The position numbers and the translations under genes are program-made. From positions 694,734 to 758,733 of the forward strand of contig NMRA01000181.1 of NCBI GenBank assembly GCA_002633005.1: a stretch of 64,000 nucleotides of DNA, read 5' to 3'. Every line of letters begins with the position of its first letter. The stretch's first letter is position 1. Shown here piece by piece: positions 36,701-48,728 of the stretch. The notes under the pieces are model-generated. The model was given only the letters and a program-made list of their open reading frames with translations. It had not been told where the DNA came from and made no database searches. The stretch is from Phoronis australis (Eukaryota > Animalia > Phoronida).

Positions 36701-39302
36701 ATGCTCCCACCAGCAAAAAAATCAGCGTCGCCTTCGCAATAGCGTGCCTACGACCGTCTTAGCTAAGACTGGATTTACGACCTTTGACAGAATGAGCCTC
36801 AGAAGTTCAGATTGAAATTGACAAAAATTTTCAGATGACATTTTGATGTACGGAAACGTTTGTGTAACAATCACGATATGAAGGAGCTCTTATTATTTGT
36901 AAAAAGGTCAAAGGTGAAACTAAATCTTCTAAGCAAACACATTGAAGTGCCTTATTCATACGTCTGGTAGTTGATACTGTACGGTTCGTTGAAGACGTTG
37001 AAGAGCTAATGGAATTAAACGCTGTTCAAATTAAGTTAAATGCAAACACTGAAACATGTCTTATAAGTTGTACTTTAAATATTTTTAACTTAATTTGACA
37101 GATTCTTACACAGTCTGGTGTCCTCGCTAAATGGTTTTGACTTTTGTCTGATCGAGTTCGAAGTTTATGAAAGCCCCGTGTGCTGCGATAAGTCGCTTAA
37201 CATTCTCACGTCGTATACCAAGTAGAAATAAGTGACGTAGTAAATTACGATATCCCACGCTCGGCGAAAGTGATAAGGCCTTTTTATACTGACTAACTGT
37301 AATTCCGGTCTAAGCGGAACGTCGACGTAAGCTGCGAAGTTAACTAAACCGTTGATACCCGTTTCTATAGTTAACTTAAGTTGAAGTAAACGGTAGGTGA
37401 CGCTGTTGTCATCGAAGTAATCGACCACTTACCGCTAAAAACATTCTCAATTTTAGTTGTTGTTTACTCTAGATGACTGGCCATGAATCTTCGGTCTGCT
37501 TCTTCACCACGGAAGCAAAATTGCCGGAGCCGGCGGGATTGTCGAGTGTTTTATATGCGGAGAGTGATGGTGTGCGCCTCAGTTGTTAAAAACATTGATC
37601 CATTAAATTTAAGAGCCCGAGCCTGAACCGCCAAAAACGGAGTAAATTGTGTGCTTAGTGTGCTGTGTCTGTATTCTATAGTATCCTATAGAGGTCTCTG
37701 CATGTTGGCTATTTTTCAAACCTTTCTAGTACACGTTTTCGCGCCAGTTGTTTTAGATTTGTCTCTGACGATAACGGATGTGTCCGATCGACGCTACAAA
37801 ATTGAACGTATTGATGTATTTAAGTTCTCCTCCTTTTTACAAAAAAAAAGATTCTTTAACCGAAAACTCGATGGTTGAGTATTTAGACTCAAATAACTGG
37901 TGACTACTGCCAAAATGTCAGTTTGCCTCCTGGTTCTCGTCCAAAGCGGGCAGGGGGTACGGCCATGCAATTAAAATACAGACCAATAGAATACCCAAGT
38001 TTCAGCGAATATGAGTACTCGAGCCAACACCAGATGATAAAAATCAAAACCGAGAGAAAATGCTACTTCACCGACCCATGTCCTGTCGCGAAAATGTTTC
38101 TTCAAGATGATAACCACCCATAGATTTGTATTTTTAATAAAAGTAAGATGAAAAACTGATTACTTTCCCCCTTAACGAGGAAGAACCATGAGGCCAAAAC
38201 ACACACCCAAGAGTGTCAAACCCAAACAAGTTAGCGACACGTTGCAACAGAACCCACGTGTGGGAGAGGCCCCCGAGCAATCGGTGCTCACCAAGAACAG
38301 CAACGGGTAGAAACCTATCTAGTACAACGCGAATGCTCAGTCTTTATTCTCTAAAAAGACCTTTAATGTCATTACCCACTTCCGTAAATGAGAACGCAAC
38401 ATGGGGACGTGGCACCGTGAAGCCAATTTAGATGCCTTACTGCTAAACAGAGCCCTAGAAAAATTCCAAACTTGGTTAGCTGAATTATCATATCTCAGAA
38501 ACTTTTAGATACTGTGCTTAATTTATGCATATTCCAAAACGAGTTTAGGAATAGTTATTAATATGACTTTTAAGAAAAAATCAAAAGTTGCGCCATACAA
38601 AACGAAATGAAAATTGAGAAAATCGTAACAGCGGTTTTGAGATTTAAACTTTTATGTCAAACGAAATTTGGCCATGTTATTGGTGCCGTTGTTTTGTTAA
38701 GAAATTGCCTTACTTTTTGTTAACTTTTGTTAAATTTTACTGAAGACATAGTCAAGCGATTCACTCCACAGCACATTGCTAATCAGTCGAAAATCAAGTG
38801 TTGCAGTCTTTCTATTGTCAGAAAACTTAATTGTGTTAAATTTTATTTTTGTGATGAAATTTAGCTAAATGCGCAGACCATTTGAAAATCCTACATAACC
38901 ATAACGGATCTTTCAAGCAATTATCTCAAGTCACTCGTCCACCTAATTTTAACTTTCGAGGAAATGTCGAACTCGTTCAAATACGATACGTTTCTTTAAT
39001 CGGTAAGACTGTCGATAAGAACTCGTTTTTTATTTCCTCGTAAACACGAATTCTTTTCAAAACTTGCATGTTATCCACGTATTAAGTTTGCGGAGTGATT
39101 TATTTTCTCGTTCGTGTTCAAGCACGCTACAAGCAAGGTTGTAATGGGGATGTACAGCTAACTTACTGGCTTGTTACGACAACAGTGAAAGATCAATAGT
39201 CGCCGAGAGCTTTCCCGGGATACCGCGCATGCCTCGAAGTACATAAATCAAATTTAGCTTGTCGCCAATCTAGCAGAACATTTTGACAAGACAGATCACC
39301 TC

Positions 39303-39357
39303 TATAAATGCGCAACGAATTTCATCTGAAATCATTGTTATTGTATAGCAGAACAAG
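39303..39357 (+). promoter_or_regulatory. TATA box + Inr and 24-nt non-coding first exon of EF-hand gene 1
   Basis: TATAAA at 39303; TCATTG initiator with A at 39334 (31 nt downstream); donor AAG|GTGAGT at 39357/39358. Confidence 0.6.
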
Positions 39358-40539
39358 GTGAGTCGAATTTGCACAAGTTTCAGTAAACTTTAACACTCAA
39401 TTCCAGGGTAGAAAATATTCCTTAATCACGAACCGTACGGACATTATCATCAATCAGGGTTTCTTTCTGACTAATTCTTGTCACACCAACTGTATCCTTT
39501 TGCTCGTGTAGGTCTACCGTAGTTTTGTTCATACGAACACACTTCTGTCTTCGTGAACCGCAACTGTACGCGGTAGAAGTACTCGTACACAAACACTTTT
39601 GATACATTGTACATTTGCCAAGCACGCGCGGTTACTCATACCTTCTGTGACAGAGTAAAAGGTAGGAAGTCCACAAGTAAAGGGATGCGATTAGAATCAC
39701 GGTGAATAAGAAAGGGACTTCGGCAAAAATAAAAAGGATACAAAGCAAAGTTTTAGCTGTACTTCCCCGGAAAGATGAAAGCCTTGTCCAGTTACTACTC
39801 TCTTAACTGCGTCATCAAATGTATTCCGTTGTTCGAGACGCCCAACCTTTCTCACGGTCGTTCATCAATTCGCCGAAAGCGTTAGTAACGCTTGTCGATT
39901 TAGTAGTTTTAAGGGAACTATTGAATTTAATCAAAATCTTGAGGATTGTCGACGGCCTGCAGTGTTATGTTTCCAAGATTTAAGTTTAAGTCGGCTTCTT
40001 TAATATATACTGTTAGGTTACGCAGGCCATTATTCCCAAGTCCATGTATTTAGCCAAGCATGTAACAGACAAGATCGACACGCATAGCTTACACGGGTTC
40101 TCCTTGTATTTAAAAAATTACATATTTTAATAAAAGCACTTAAAGGTCTCAGAGTAACTTTCTGTGTTGTAATGCATGTTCTAATTGGAGTAACCTTGAT
40201 CACCTGCCTTACACCTTAGCCATATGCTTTATAACCGTGCGGGTTCCCTTGTAGCAAAAGTCTCTGCGTTTAATCCTTTGTAAAATAAATTTAATTTACG
40301 TTTTTTATGAAATTGAATTGTATTTTATTTCATTGTAGATGTACTTTTTTCTCTTGTTATTAATATTGTTATTCTTAATCGTTAATATGTATTTGATTTA
40401 TTGTTACTCGGTAGTCAGCTATTAGCGGCCCATGCCTTTGCTGGCTACCCAGTCATATAAAAATGTATGTTTTACATGATTTAAAAAACAACAGTTTCTC
40501 TCTCTTTCATACAAAACAATAGACTTTAACTCGAAAACG

Positions 40540-40807
40540 CGGTTAAAGTTTCCTAAAATATCATTTCATTGTTGTTTTATGCAACTTTTGAGTTTTTTCA
40601 TGAACATTATAAAAGTTGTATTTTTTATAGCCCCTCGTGTAAAAGGGGAACATTTTAAATACAATTTCTAGCAGAGTTTTGGAGAACAGTGTATACATAA
40701 AGCATAGTATCTGAAACTTTCACGTGAATAAACTCAGTCTTTTCCGAGATATGGTGTTCCGAAGTTCACCAAATTTGGACATTTTTCTAGGGTCCTACAT
40801 AACCTAA
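40540..40807 (+). repeat. Dispersed repeat, second copy at ~49590-49788 (DNA-transposon-like)
   Basis: ATAGCCCCTCGTG.AAAA..GGAA..TTTTAAA..ACAATTTCT...GAGAACAGTG...TGTTCCGA shared by both copies. Confidence 0.6.
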
Positions 40808-41478
40808 TGTATCCTATTACGAGAAAAGAACGCTGCAGTCCCCGAGGGAGCTAAAAAGCATATTTACCCTGGAACCACGTTTCATTGGTAACAGCTAAGT
40901 AGCAGATATCTATTTTGAGGCAATTAGCAGAGTTGGGTAGATTAAAATTGAATAGTGCTTGGCTGTTTATTAATGAAATGTTACCCTGATCATCGCAATA
41001 TCAACAATTAACTCTAATTGTGAAAATTTATCCCCCCCAAAATGGCCTCAATAAGCTAAATATAGTATACATAGACGCAGTAACTTAATCGCGAAACCCC
41101 TGAGAAACGTTTCGACTACTGAAACCATTGAAATGTAGGATTAAAATTAGAAAAAAAATCCTCGGGAATGAAACTCTAACCTTGATTGAATCAGTAAATA
41201 CATGCAATCTCATTTGAACAAATGAAATAAAATCAATCATCCGAACAGATTATCCCGCGTTAGCGATGTGAAAAGAAACAATTATTACACCTGTGCGCGT
41301 GCTTATGCCTCGAAGAAGTTCAGCAAATAGGCTGTCTTACCTGACGTCAGCGAATGAAGATGTTGATGTCGTCTCGACTCAGTTTTTATTTACAGCGATT
41401 TTTAATTCACTAGGTTGTTTGAATTTTGCTTGCTGCAGGTAAGTGCGCAACAATGCTAGGAGTCCTAAACACGTTACC

Positions 41479-41505
41479 ATGGCAAAAGAATTTGATGAAT
41501 ATTTC
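41479..41505 (+). CDS. EF-hand gene 1 optional upstream coding exon (MAKEFDEYF)
   Basis: accATGg Kozak, GTAAGT donor at 41506, phase 0 matches the exon starting at 42901. Confidence 0.55.
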
Positions 41506-44500
41506 GTAAGTGATTTTTCAATGGACTTTCTAGAGTTAATTTGGTAGAATAACTTGACGGTGTGTCCGAGCTGTAATCCGTAAATACACTTTGAAATGTT
41601 TTCAGTTTAGGGGATTACTGTTATCAGTTGAGTTATAGCTTATCTTAGGTCGTCACAAGAGTTCAACTTGTAAGAAAAGTGTAAGTTGTCATAGCTATCA
41701 GGTAACAGAAGACAACGCGTCGTCATTGGAAATAAAGGACGTAAAGATTAGCTCCCGCTTGTTACAAGGACTGAAGACAAAACCAACGCGTGCGATCATG
41801 ATTGTCATGGCAACATATATTGATAAATATGTATTATATTCAACGTATAATGACCACCATACTAAGACTTGTATTTGCAGTTATAGCACATTTTGTACCC
41901 TTCGACTTTTATACAAAAATGTTACCAATTTTTCATTTATCAGTTAATTTGTTTAAATATCAATATATTAGTTTATTTGTTCTTCCAGCGTCGTTGCACC
42001 GTATATCTTGTATATGCATGTATTTGTATATGTATGTATTTAGCCCACGGTAATCGGACTTCAAGCCCAAAGTAGATTTGGTCAATGGGATAAAATCGAA
42101 ACAAGTAATCGTACATCAATGAACAATTCAGAAGAAAACAAAATTGCCTCCACGTTGGTTCGTTCGATTACAAGCATCGGGTGTAATATTGAAACGCAAA
42201 ATCTGCGTAACGTTACCATCGAATGACTCGCATCAAGCAGCATCATTTTCATTCGAATTCGGTCAGCATTTTCAAGGTTATTGGTCCTGGACCATGTTTT
42301 TTTGGACACTGTACCGGATTATTCAGATATATTGCAAGGGTGATAAAATCTGGGCCAATAGTGATACTTAAAATACTAATTATTGTTATGAAGAGAAAGA
42401 CACGCATAAATTGAGATACATGAAGTGTAAAAACAATGCTTCAGCATTATTATGTAAGGTTGAGCCTAACAAACTAAAACACCGGGAGGCAACTTGACCT
42501 GTAAATAAGATTTAACAGGCACGGGGCTTAACTTGATGGAACACCATTCAAAATCTCGCTTAGGCTTTTATTTATTTCAGTCGCAATACGAGATGTTTCA
42601 TAGAAACGCCACCGCGTTTCAAAAGCTAGTATTCCCCGTATGTAGATGTTATCAAGTGGGCCAAAGCAATTCGAACAAAACTCCGCAAAGAAGGTGTATT
42701 AAAAATTAGAAATGTGATTCATTCTTTTGTTGCTTGTGTTTAACCTAGACCTTATGCATAGTATACGCCACCTTGCAATCACCTCGTCTACTGTCGAGTA
42801 AGGCGTCTAAAGTGACTTACTGACTTGCCACGGGAAGGAAATAAAATGTACACGGCAGTGAAAATTATTAGAGTTTAAATTCATCTGCTTGCATTTCCAG
42901 TCACAAGACGAAGATTTAGACATGCAGCTTGAAATAGAGAGTCAACGGGGTAAGTTCACGCGCACGCACAACTGGAAGAAAGGTATTTTCCGCTGCACTA
43001 TTTGTTCGTGCATGCTGGGCGCTGGGCATCAATGCTTGACGCTATATTTTGCCCTGGTTAGCTGGTTTTTAGAACGAAATGTTGCATTCTTGACCGAAAC
43101 GCTTCAAATGGGACTTAAAAACGTTGCCTCCCTTAACCGATCATCAATTGTTGCCGGCAACTCAACTCACAGGCAATGAGAAAATGGCCTGTTTTGAATT
43201 CGCAATTTTAGGGTTGGCCAACCTCATTAAACTCTGAAGCGCTTTTTTGTCTCTGATGGTTCCGGTGTTCTTCATTTTGTTGGAAACATTAATAGAAATC
43301 TACCACTGAAAATATTACGAGACCCAGTTTATGAGATTATGGTATGATTTCTTTAATGTGTAAAGCAAGTAAGAGGTACTACTATATTTTTGAACGTGTA
43401 GTCTTACGAGGACACTGATTCGTGAGTGTTTTTACGAGCTGACACTGTGAAGGCGGGTTGAACTGAAAAATAGTCTTTCAGTAATTCACCAGATCATTTG
43501 TGCTACAAACTCTAGCTCCGCCGTGAACTGTTAGGTTTTGTTGTGGCATTCCGGTTAGGTGAACGTGTACAAATATTTGAAGAACTGGAATTTTATGACG
43601 GACACAAAAGCTTCCGAACAGGATCCCCATCTTTCTAAAATATATTGCTTAGAAAAAATGAAGAAACACATTCTAATTGCAATTAGTTCTTTGCAGCTCT
43701 CCGCGAATATTTGTCCATATACGACACAAACCACGACGGAGTTATTGACGCCGAGGAACTTGGAGATTATCTTCGCCAAATAGGGATGTGTATTAGTGAT
43801 GAAGGGGTCAAATTCTTAAAGAAGTCATTTGACAAAAACGGTAAGTGAAGGACTTGACTTTGGCTGGACGTGTGGAATATAATATATAATTATATAATTG
43901 CAAGCGGTCTGGTAAACGTTGTACCAGACGCGCGCAGGCCGCACCGGTGTTCCCATTGCACTGATCACCTGGAACCAATTTTATGCTTTATTAATACACA
44001 ATTAAAACCGAGCTGAGGAGCTAGAGACCTGATTCTAGGGTCGAGAAGTGTGCCCCAGTGGGACTCGAAGCCACGACCTTGAGTAAAGGACGAAGACACT
44101 TATTCCTGTATGCCACATTGTCTCATCTGTGAAGAATGAAGGTCACGGTTTACTTATTTTCTAGCGGATGAGATACAGTTAAACAGTAAAAATTCATACG
44201 TGCTTAAAACGTCTTTCCCGTCGGTTATCCATGCATCTTCAAAATGGCGCCATTCAAGATCATTTTATGCAATACCACGCACGTAAAATCACCCGTCAAG
44301 AAATTGTGGAAAACACGTCAATTCGCTACGTGGAGCAAGATGTGCTGCGCTTGAAAGTATTAGAGTCCCTTTTAATTGCTTTTGAGAGGCCTGTTTTGAA
44401 TGAGCAGGAAACAGGGTCACGCCGCACGTTACACTTGTTTGCGTGAATATCCTGTTACCCCCAATTCATTAGTCATTCTTTGCAGTATTTCACACCCGCT

Positions 44501-47500
44501 GTGTCTCACTGTGTGTGTCGTCAGCTTATACTCTGTGGTGGCATTACTGCGTCATTTTATCTTCACTTGAGAATGAAACAAGTATGTTTCGAAATATCGT
44601 GTGTCTTTTAATTATGTCGCTAGGTCAGTTACTGTATCTATGTTCAGTTGAGAGTAGAGTTTTGTTCAGAAAGTATGAACGCAACGGAATAAAGACCGTG
44701 AACAATGAAAAGTGTCGTACATTCAACAAATTCTGTATAACAGAAAACTTGCTCCCGAAGTACAGTCAGCTTAAAACAAAAAGAAAAACTGGCAAAAATA
44801 CAGATAGTGCTTGTTATGATTCGACTGTTTTATAGCGTTCTTTCCATGTTTTGGAGCATGAAAGGGTAAAGGCGTAGGTGTAATATAATTTTACCAATGA
44901 TATTCCGACCCGTTCTGCTTAGAGTCAAGGCGATAAAACGAAATGCTGGCACCCGAGTCAAATATCTCTGCAGGCCCGTAGCCAGGGGGGTTCGGGGGGT
45001 TCGATCGAACCCCCCTCCGAGGAAAAGGTCCAGCCCTAGCCTATCCGATAGGATAAGATAGGATTTACTAAATGGACAAAAAATGTTGTAACTACAAGTT
45101 CTAGTAACCACAACCATCACCAAGTTAATATTAATTTTGAATTTACTTCTGATGTAAAGCGGTTCACATAATCATCGGATCGTATCCGGCCCGAGTATTG
45201 ACTGCGTAGGAGCGGGCTTTATGTTATTCATCGGCATTGAAAGCGCTAGGTCTCTACACCAGAGAGTAACAAGGGAGTCTAAAAGTAAATGTCTATGCCT
45301 ATCTCAAACTTTATAGCATCGAGATGGATCCCCAAAAGTAGTGCGGTGTGGATGCCTTTAAAATCGACCAAGAAACAAAACAGCAGAAAATGGGTTTGAA
45401 AATCAAAAACCTTACTTGGTTGTTTTTTCCAGCTGAATACCGCCGTGGTATTCGTTTTTAACAAAAATTATTTATTAATGCATTATGAAAATTCGGCATT
45501 ATGTACAAGCAGTGATGATTACGGCAGTTTATGGTCTTGCTCGCGCAGGACAATGCGGTTAACACAATCGTATCCTATCCTGGTGAAAGCCGCTCAGAAG
45601 GAAGGGCGGTGATTGTAAGCGTTTTATTCACGGTATGGCGAGAACGTTAGCATGCTCGCACCCAGGGGGGCTCTCGGAGCTCGAACGAGTCCCCCATTTG
45701 GCGAAGTGGGCAAAAAGGTCCGCCTGAGAGAAACAAAAGGTCCGAGTAAAAATGAGACAAAAGTCCACTAAACAACCACAGACGCGCAANTTTTTTTTTA
45801 GTCTGCCGGCTATTTTGTTACCAAAAACCAAAAGGTCCACGACGCTAGGAATTCGAGCCCCCCCCATGTTGAAGGCTGGGTGCGCGCATGGTTAGTCTAT
45901 ATTTATGGATCACATTACGTCCGAATTTGATCCCTGTTGTTTGCGAGCAACCGTCACGACATCCTCATTTCTGGTATTACAAATTCCGTCTTATATCAGG
46001 AACATAGAGCTGAGAGCCATCGTTGCCGTGGATACAGATTTCCCTTGCCCAAAATTAACCTGCGTCAAGCGCCTTACCAAGAGCTCGAGTATTGACGCTT
46101 GCAAAAGTCCACCTTTCTAGAAATCCGAACCACCCCCCCGCCCAATGCTGGCTACGGGCCTGCTCTCCACGTGTATCTAACTTGCGAAGAGCACAGGTGA
46201 GTCATCAAAGAGTTCAAAAGTCTGTTACCATTTACCTGAATTTCAAAATGCCTGGTCCATAACTATTGTGCAGCGAACAATTCACGAAGACAAACGTAGC
46301 GAGCTCTTGTAAACTATTCTTTAGATTGACGTTCTCCGTCTCTCTATGCACGTCTCCACCTGCATGCGCGCACCCAGGGGGGCTCGGGGGGCTCGAACGA
46401 GGCCCCTCATTTGGCGAAGTGCGGGGTAAAAAGATCCGCCTCTGAGAAACAAAAACTCCGAAAAAAGTAGAAAACGAGACACAAGTCCACTAAAAAGGCG
46501 GAACTACCAAAATTCGTCGAATACACAATTCATAGCTCTGAACGTACAAGTGAATCTTAGTAAAAGGTCCAAATTCTCAAAAATGCGAGCCCCCAATTTT
46601 TAGCCTGGGTTCGCGCATGACCTGCAGCATCTAATTACAGGTGACGGCAAACTACAGATTGACGAACTCATCGAAAACATGGAGACTATCAACAGTCTAG
46701 TCATCACCCACGAAGAGTTGATAGACGCGTTCAAAGTTATCGACAAAGACGGCAATGGGTTCATTCGCCTGCAGGAGCTGCGTGCGGTGCTAACACATGG
46801 TGACGGTATGACACCACACGAGGCGTCAGTACTGATCGAGGAACTCATGGTTTACGACAAAGATAATGACGGAAAATTTAGTTACCAAGGTAATTTAACT
46901 GGTTCAACCCAACTGTGTCCTTTACGACTAGCCATAGACCCTATTCACGCCGACAGGAGGCGCGTTCCAAAACGAGGCTCGCTACGATAGCTCTGTTAGC
47001 TTATCGGCATAGGACGGACGGAGTCTGTGTTTCAGTCCGTGTTGTTCCCCGAACGGCTAGAAAAAATACGGACACGCTTCACAATCTCTAAAGACGTTTA
47101 GATTCGGAAGCGTTGGGTCGTTGCCATACCAAGAAAGCAGAATTGATGGTCAAATAATTTTTATTTTCAATTACGAGTCTGGTTTATTATTTTAATAAAA
47201 AATATTTTTAATAACATCAATTATTCTTTCAGATCAATGACAAATCAACTGTTAGTCCCAGGGAGTGCATAGGATCAGGCTATGCTTGATTTTAATATTC
47301 TTGATCAACAAATTAAACCAGATGTGACTAATTGCACATGACAGCCACCACTGTCGAATATGTCTTCAACTCGTCAACAATACGAGCAGATGACCTGGTC
47401 CGCGTAGAAAGTATTTTGATCAACAATTTACAAGAAAAAAGTAACCCTGCATTCAGCATAATACCTAATCCGTAACACTACGATCGCCGCAATTTGGTCA

Positions 47501-48111
47501 TATTTACGTTTCATGTTTCGAACCTAGTTTTCCGAGAAAAATTAAACCCTTTCGTCAGACAACTCTTTGACGCCTTAATTTGTTCTCTAATGTAATTTTC
47601 TACGTCTATGTGGTTTAATTGTTGACACATTATTAAAATTCAATATCCAAGTTGGACTCGAAAGACCGGCTATTTAACTCACGCAATGTCTACTTTCGCT
47701 TTGTTTATCGCAGTGAGCCTCGCTTTGGATTTTAATGTCTGCCGCGTGAATAGAGTCTATGGTGGTCGCGGATCCATGGTGTCGGATTTTGCGGTGTCTT
47801 GCGAGATCTTGCCTTTCTCGCAAGAAACTAGGTCTACTGAACGCTCTCCTGTATGCACTCTATTAAATTTAGGTGTTAGACGATTTAGAGACATGTGTTG
47901 AATTTATGCCGTTGAAATAGTTCTTGTAATAGTTCTTATTGTGATTGTTTTATTCACAGAGTTTGTGGACATGTTTATGGACTCGGCTTTCCCCTTTAAG
48001 AAGCCTAAGAATGTCGAAAACCATGACCCATTCAAGCGTGTAGTTCTGAAGAAAAAATCCGATTCGAAGACTGGCGACTACCAAAAACTCATGGCAAAAA
48101 GTCAACCTTAA
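41479..48111 (+). CDS. Calmodulin-like four-EF-hand protein 1 (206 aa long form from ATG 41479; 190 aa form from ATG 42922)
   Basis: Exons 41479-41505, 42901-42949, 43697-43840, 46641-46889, 47960-48111; phases join. Loops DTNHDGVIDAEE, DKNGDGKLQIDE, DKDGNGFIRLQE, DKDNDGKFSYQE. Confidence 0.88.
42901..42949 (+). CDS. EF-hand gene 1 exon with conserved ATG (42922)
   Basis: SQDEDLD-MQLEIESQR, homologous to MELEGDSRR of gene 2; tttccag acceptor, GTAAGT donor. Confidence 0.82.
43697..43840 (+). CDS. EF-hand gene 1 exon (EF1, start of EF2)
   Basis: ALREYLSIYDTNHDGVIDAEELGDYLRQIGMCISDEGVKFLKKSFDKNG. Confidence 0.92.
44051..44122 (-). mobile_element. tRNA-derived SINE head (degenerate)
   Basis: Minus strand has an A-box-like TGGCATACAGG and AAGGTCGTGGCTTCGAGTCCCACTGGGGCA (B box), similar to 62672-62745. 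Confidence 0.55.
44195..44605 (+). mobile_element. 5'-truncated Penelope-like retroelement: C-terminal GIY-YIG endonuclease fragment plus 3' end
   Basis: HTCLKRLSRRLSMHLQNGAIQDHF...ENTSI...RLKVLESLLI...PVLNEQETG-stop (44446) carries the R..H, LE...I and P.LN motifs of PLE GIY-YIG domains; hammerhead-like fold at 44564-44601. Confidence 0.75.
44971..46162. mobile_element. Non-autonomous DNA transposon, perfect 15-bp TIR CAGGCCCGTAGCCAG
   Basis: TIR at 44971-44985 and 46148-46162; flanks CTCTG / CTCTC; hosts a nested MITE. Confidence 0.85.
45651..45890. mobile_element. Nested MITE, TIR CATGC(T/G)CGCACCCAG, 5-bp TSD GTTAG
   Basis: GTTAG|CATGCTCGCACCCAG ... CTGGGTGCGCGCATG|GTTAG; contains one N at 45790. 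Confidence 0.9.
46363..46619. mobile_element. MITE, TIR CATGCGCGCACCCAG, 5-bp TSD ACCTG
   Basis: ACCTG|CATGCGCGCACCCAG ... CTGGGTTCGCGCATG|ACCTG. Confidence 0.9.
46641..46889 (+). CDS. EF-hand gene 1 exon (EF2-EF4)
   Basis: DGKLQIDELIENME...AFKVIDKDGNGFIRLQEL...YDKDNDGKFSYQ. Confidence 0.93.
46932..47762. mobile_element. ~830-bp TIR element (CCATAGAC.CTATTCACGC)
   Basis: CCATAGACCCTATTCACGCCGACAG versus CTGCCGCGTGAATAGAGTCTATGG; TSD ambiguous. Confidence 0.7.
47960..48111 (+). CDS. EF-hand gene 1 last exon
   Basis: EFVDMFMDSAFPFKKPKNVENHDPFKRVVLKKKSDSKTGDYQKLMAKSQP-TAA. Confidence 0.9.
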
Positions 48112-48495
48112 GAAATAGTGGGTGCAGTGGAATTTTGAGTAGCTCAGTCTTTCAAGATGAAAAAACGTGAAAGGATGATTGAAAGAACTCTTCGTTGGAA
48201 AGGGTACATTCGGGATATGAAGGCGTCTCGTGATGGGCACTTCGTCCGGCAGGTGAATTGACCCTTGTAAGAACGACAACAAACTGTGGAAACAGCGCTT
48301 ACGTCATCGAATGTTCGATAGAGTACACCCACAGACAGATCTCTGGAAGCACGGAGGCTAGCCAAACAGACTTTGGTCACATCCATTCGGCCAAGCAAGG
48401 GCCGGTTGTTCACTGCGAAAGACACTAGTGAGCTGAAATTAAAATAGCTCAACGGTTCGCGTGTTTGTGGTGGGATGTAAACGTATACACGTATT

Positions 48496-48728
48496 CAGCA
48501 GCGTGCAGAAGGAGAGCTGTGACGGGGTGACGGCCCCGAGCATCCACAACGAGTGCATCCAATCGCTACAAGTAAACTTTTTGAAATTGTTACTGATTAG
48601 AAGTTAGATTGAGTTTCCATTTCATGTTTCATCCTTTTTACTTTTCTTAGTGCCAATGCATCTGAGTAGAGAGAGGGGCATCTAATAAAAACTCACTCCG
48701 GGAATCACCAAACTTCTGCACGCTACTG
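48496..48728. mobile_element. hAT-type MITE with 8-bp TSD
   Basis: TIR CAGCAGCGTGCAGAAG / CTTCTGCACGCTACTG; flanks CACGTATT / CGCGTATT. Confidence 0.85.

Noticed and set aside
37165-37428. 87-aa minus-strand ORF in a CpG-rich stretch
   Set aside because: Starts at GTG inside a GTAAGT donor, so it is more simply first-intron sequence; no homology recognised
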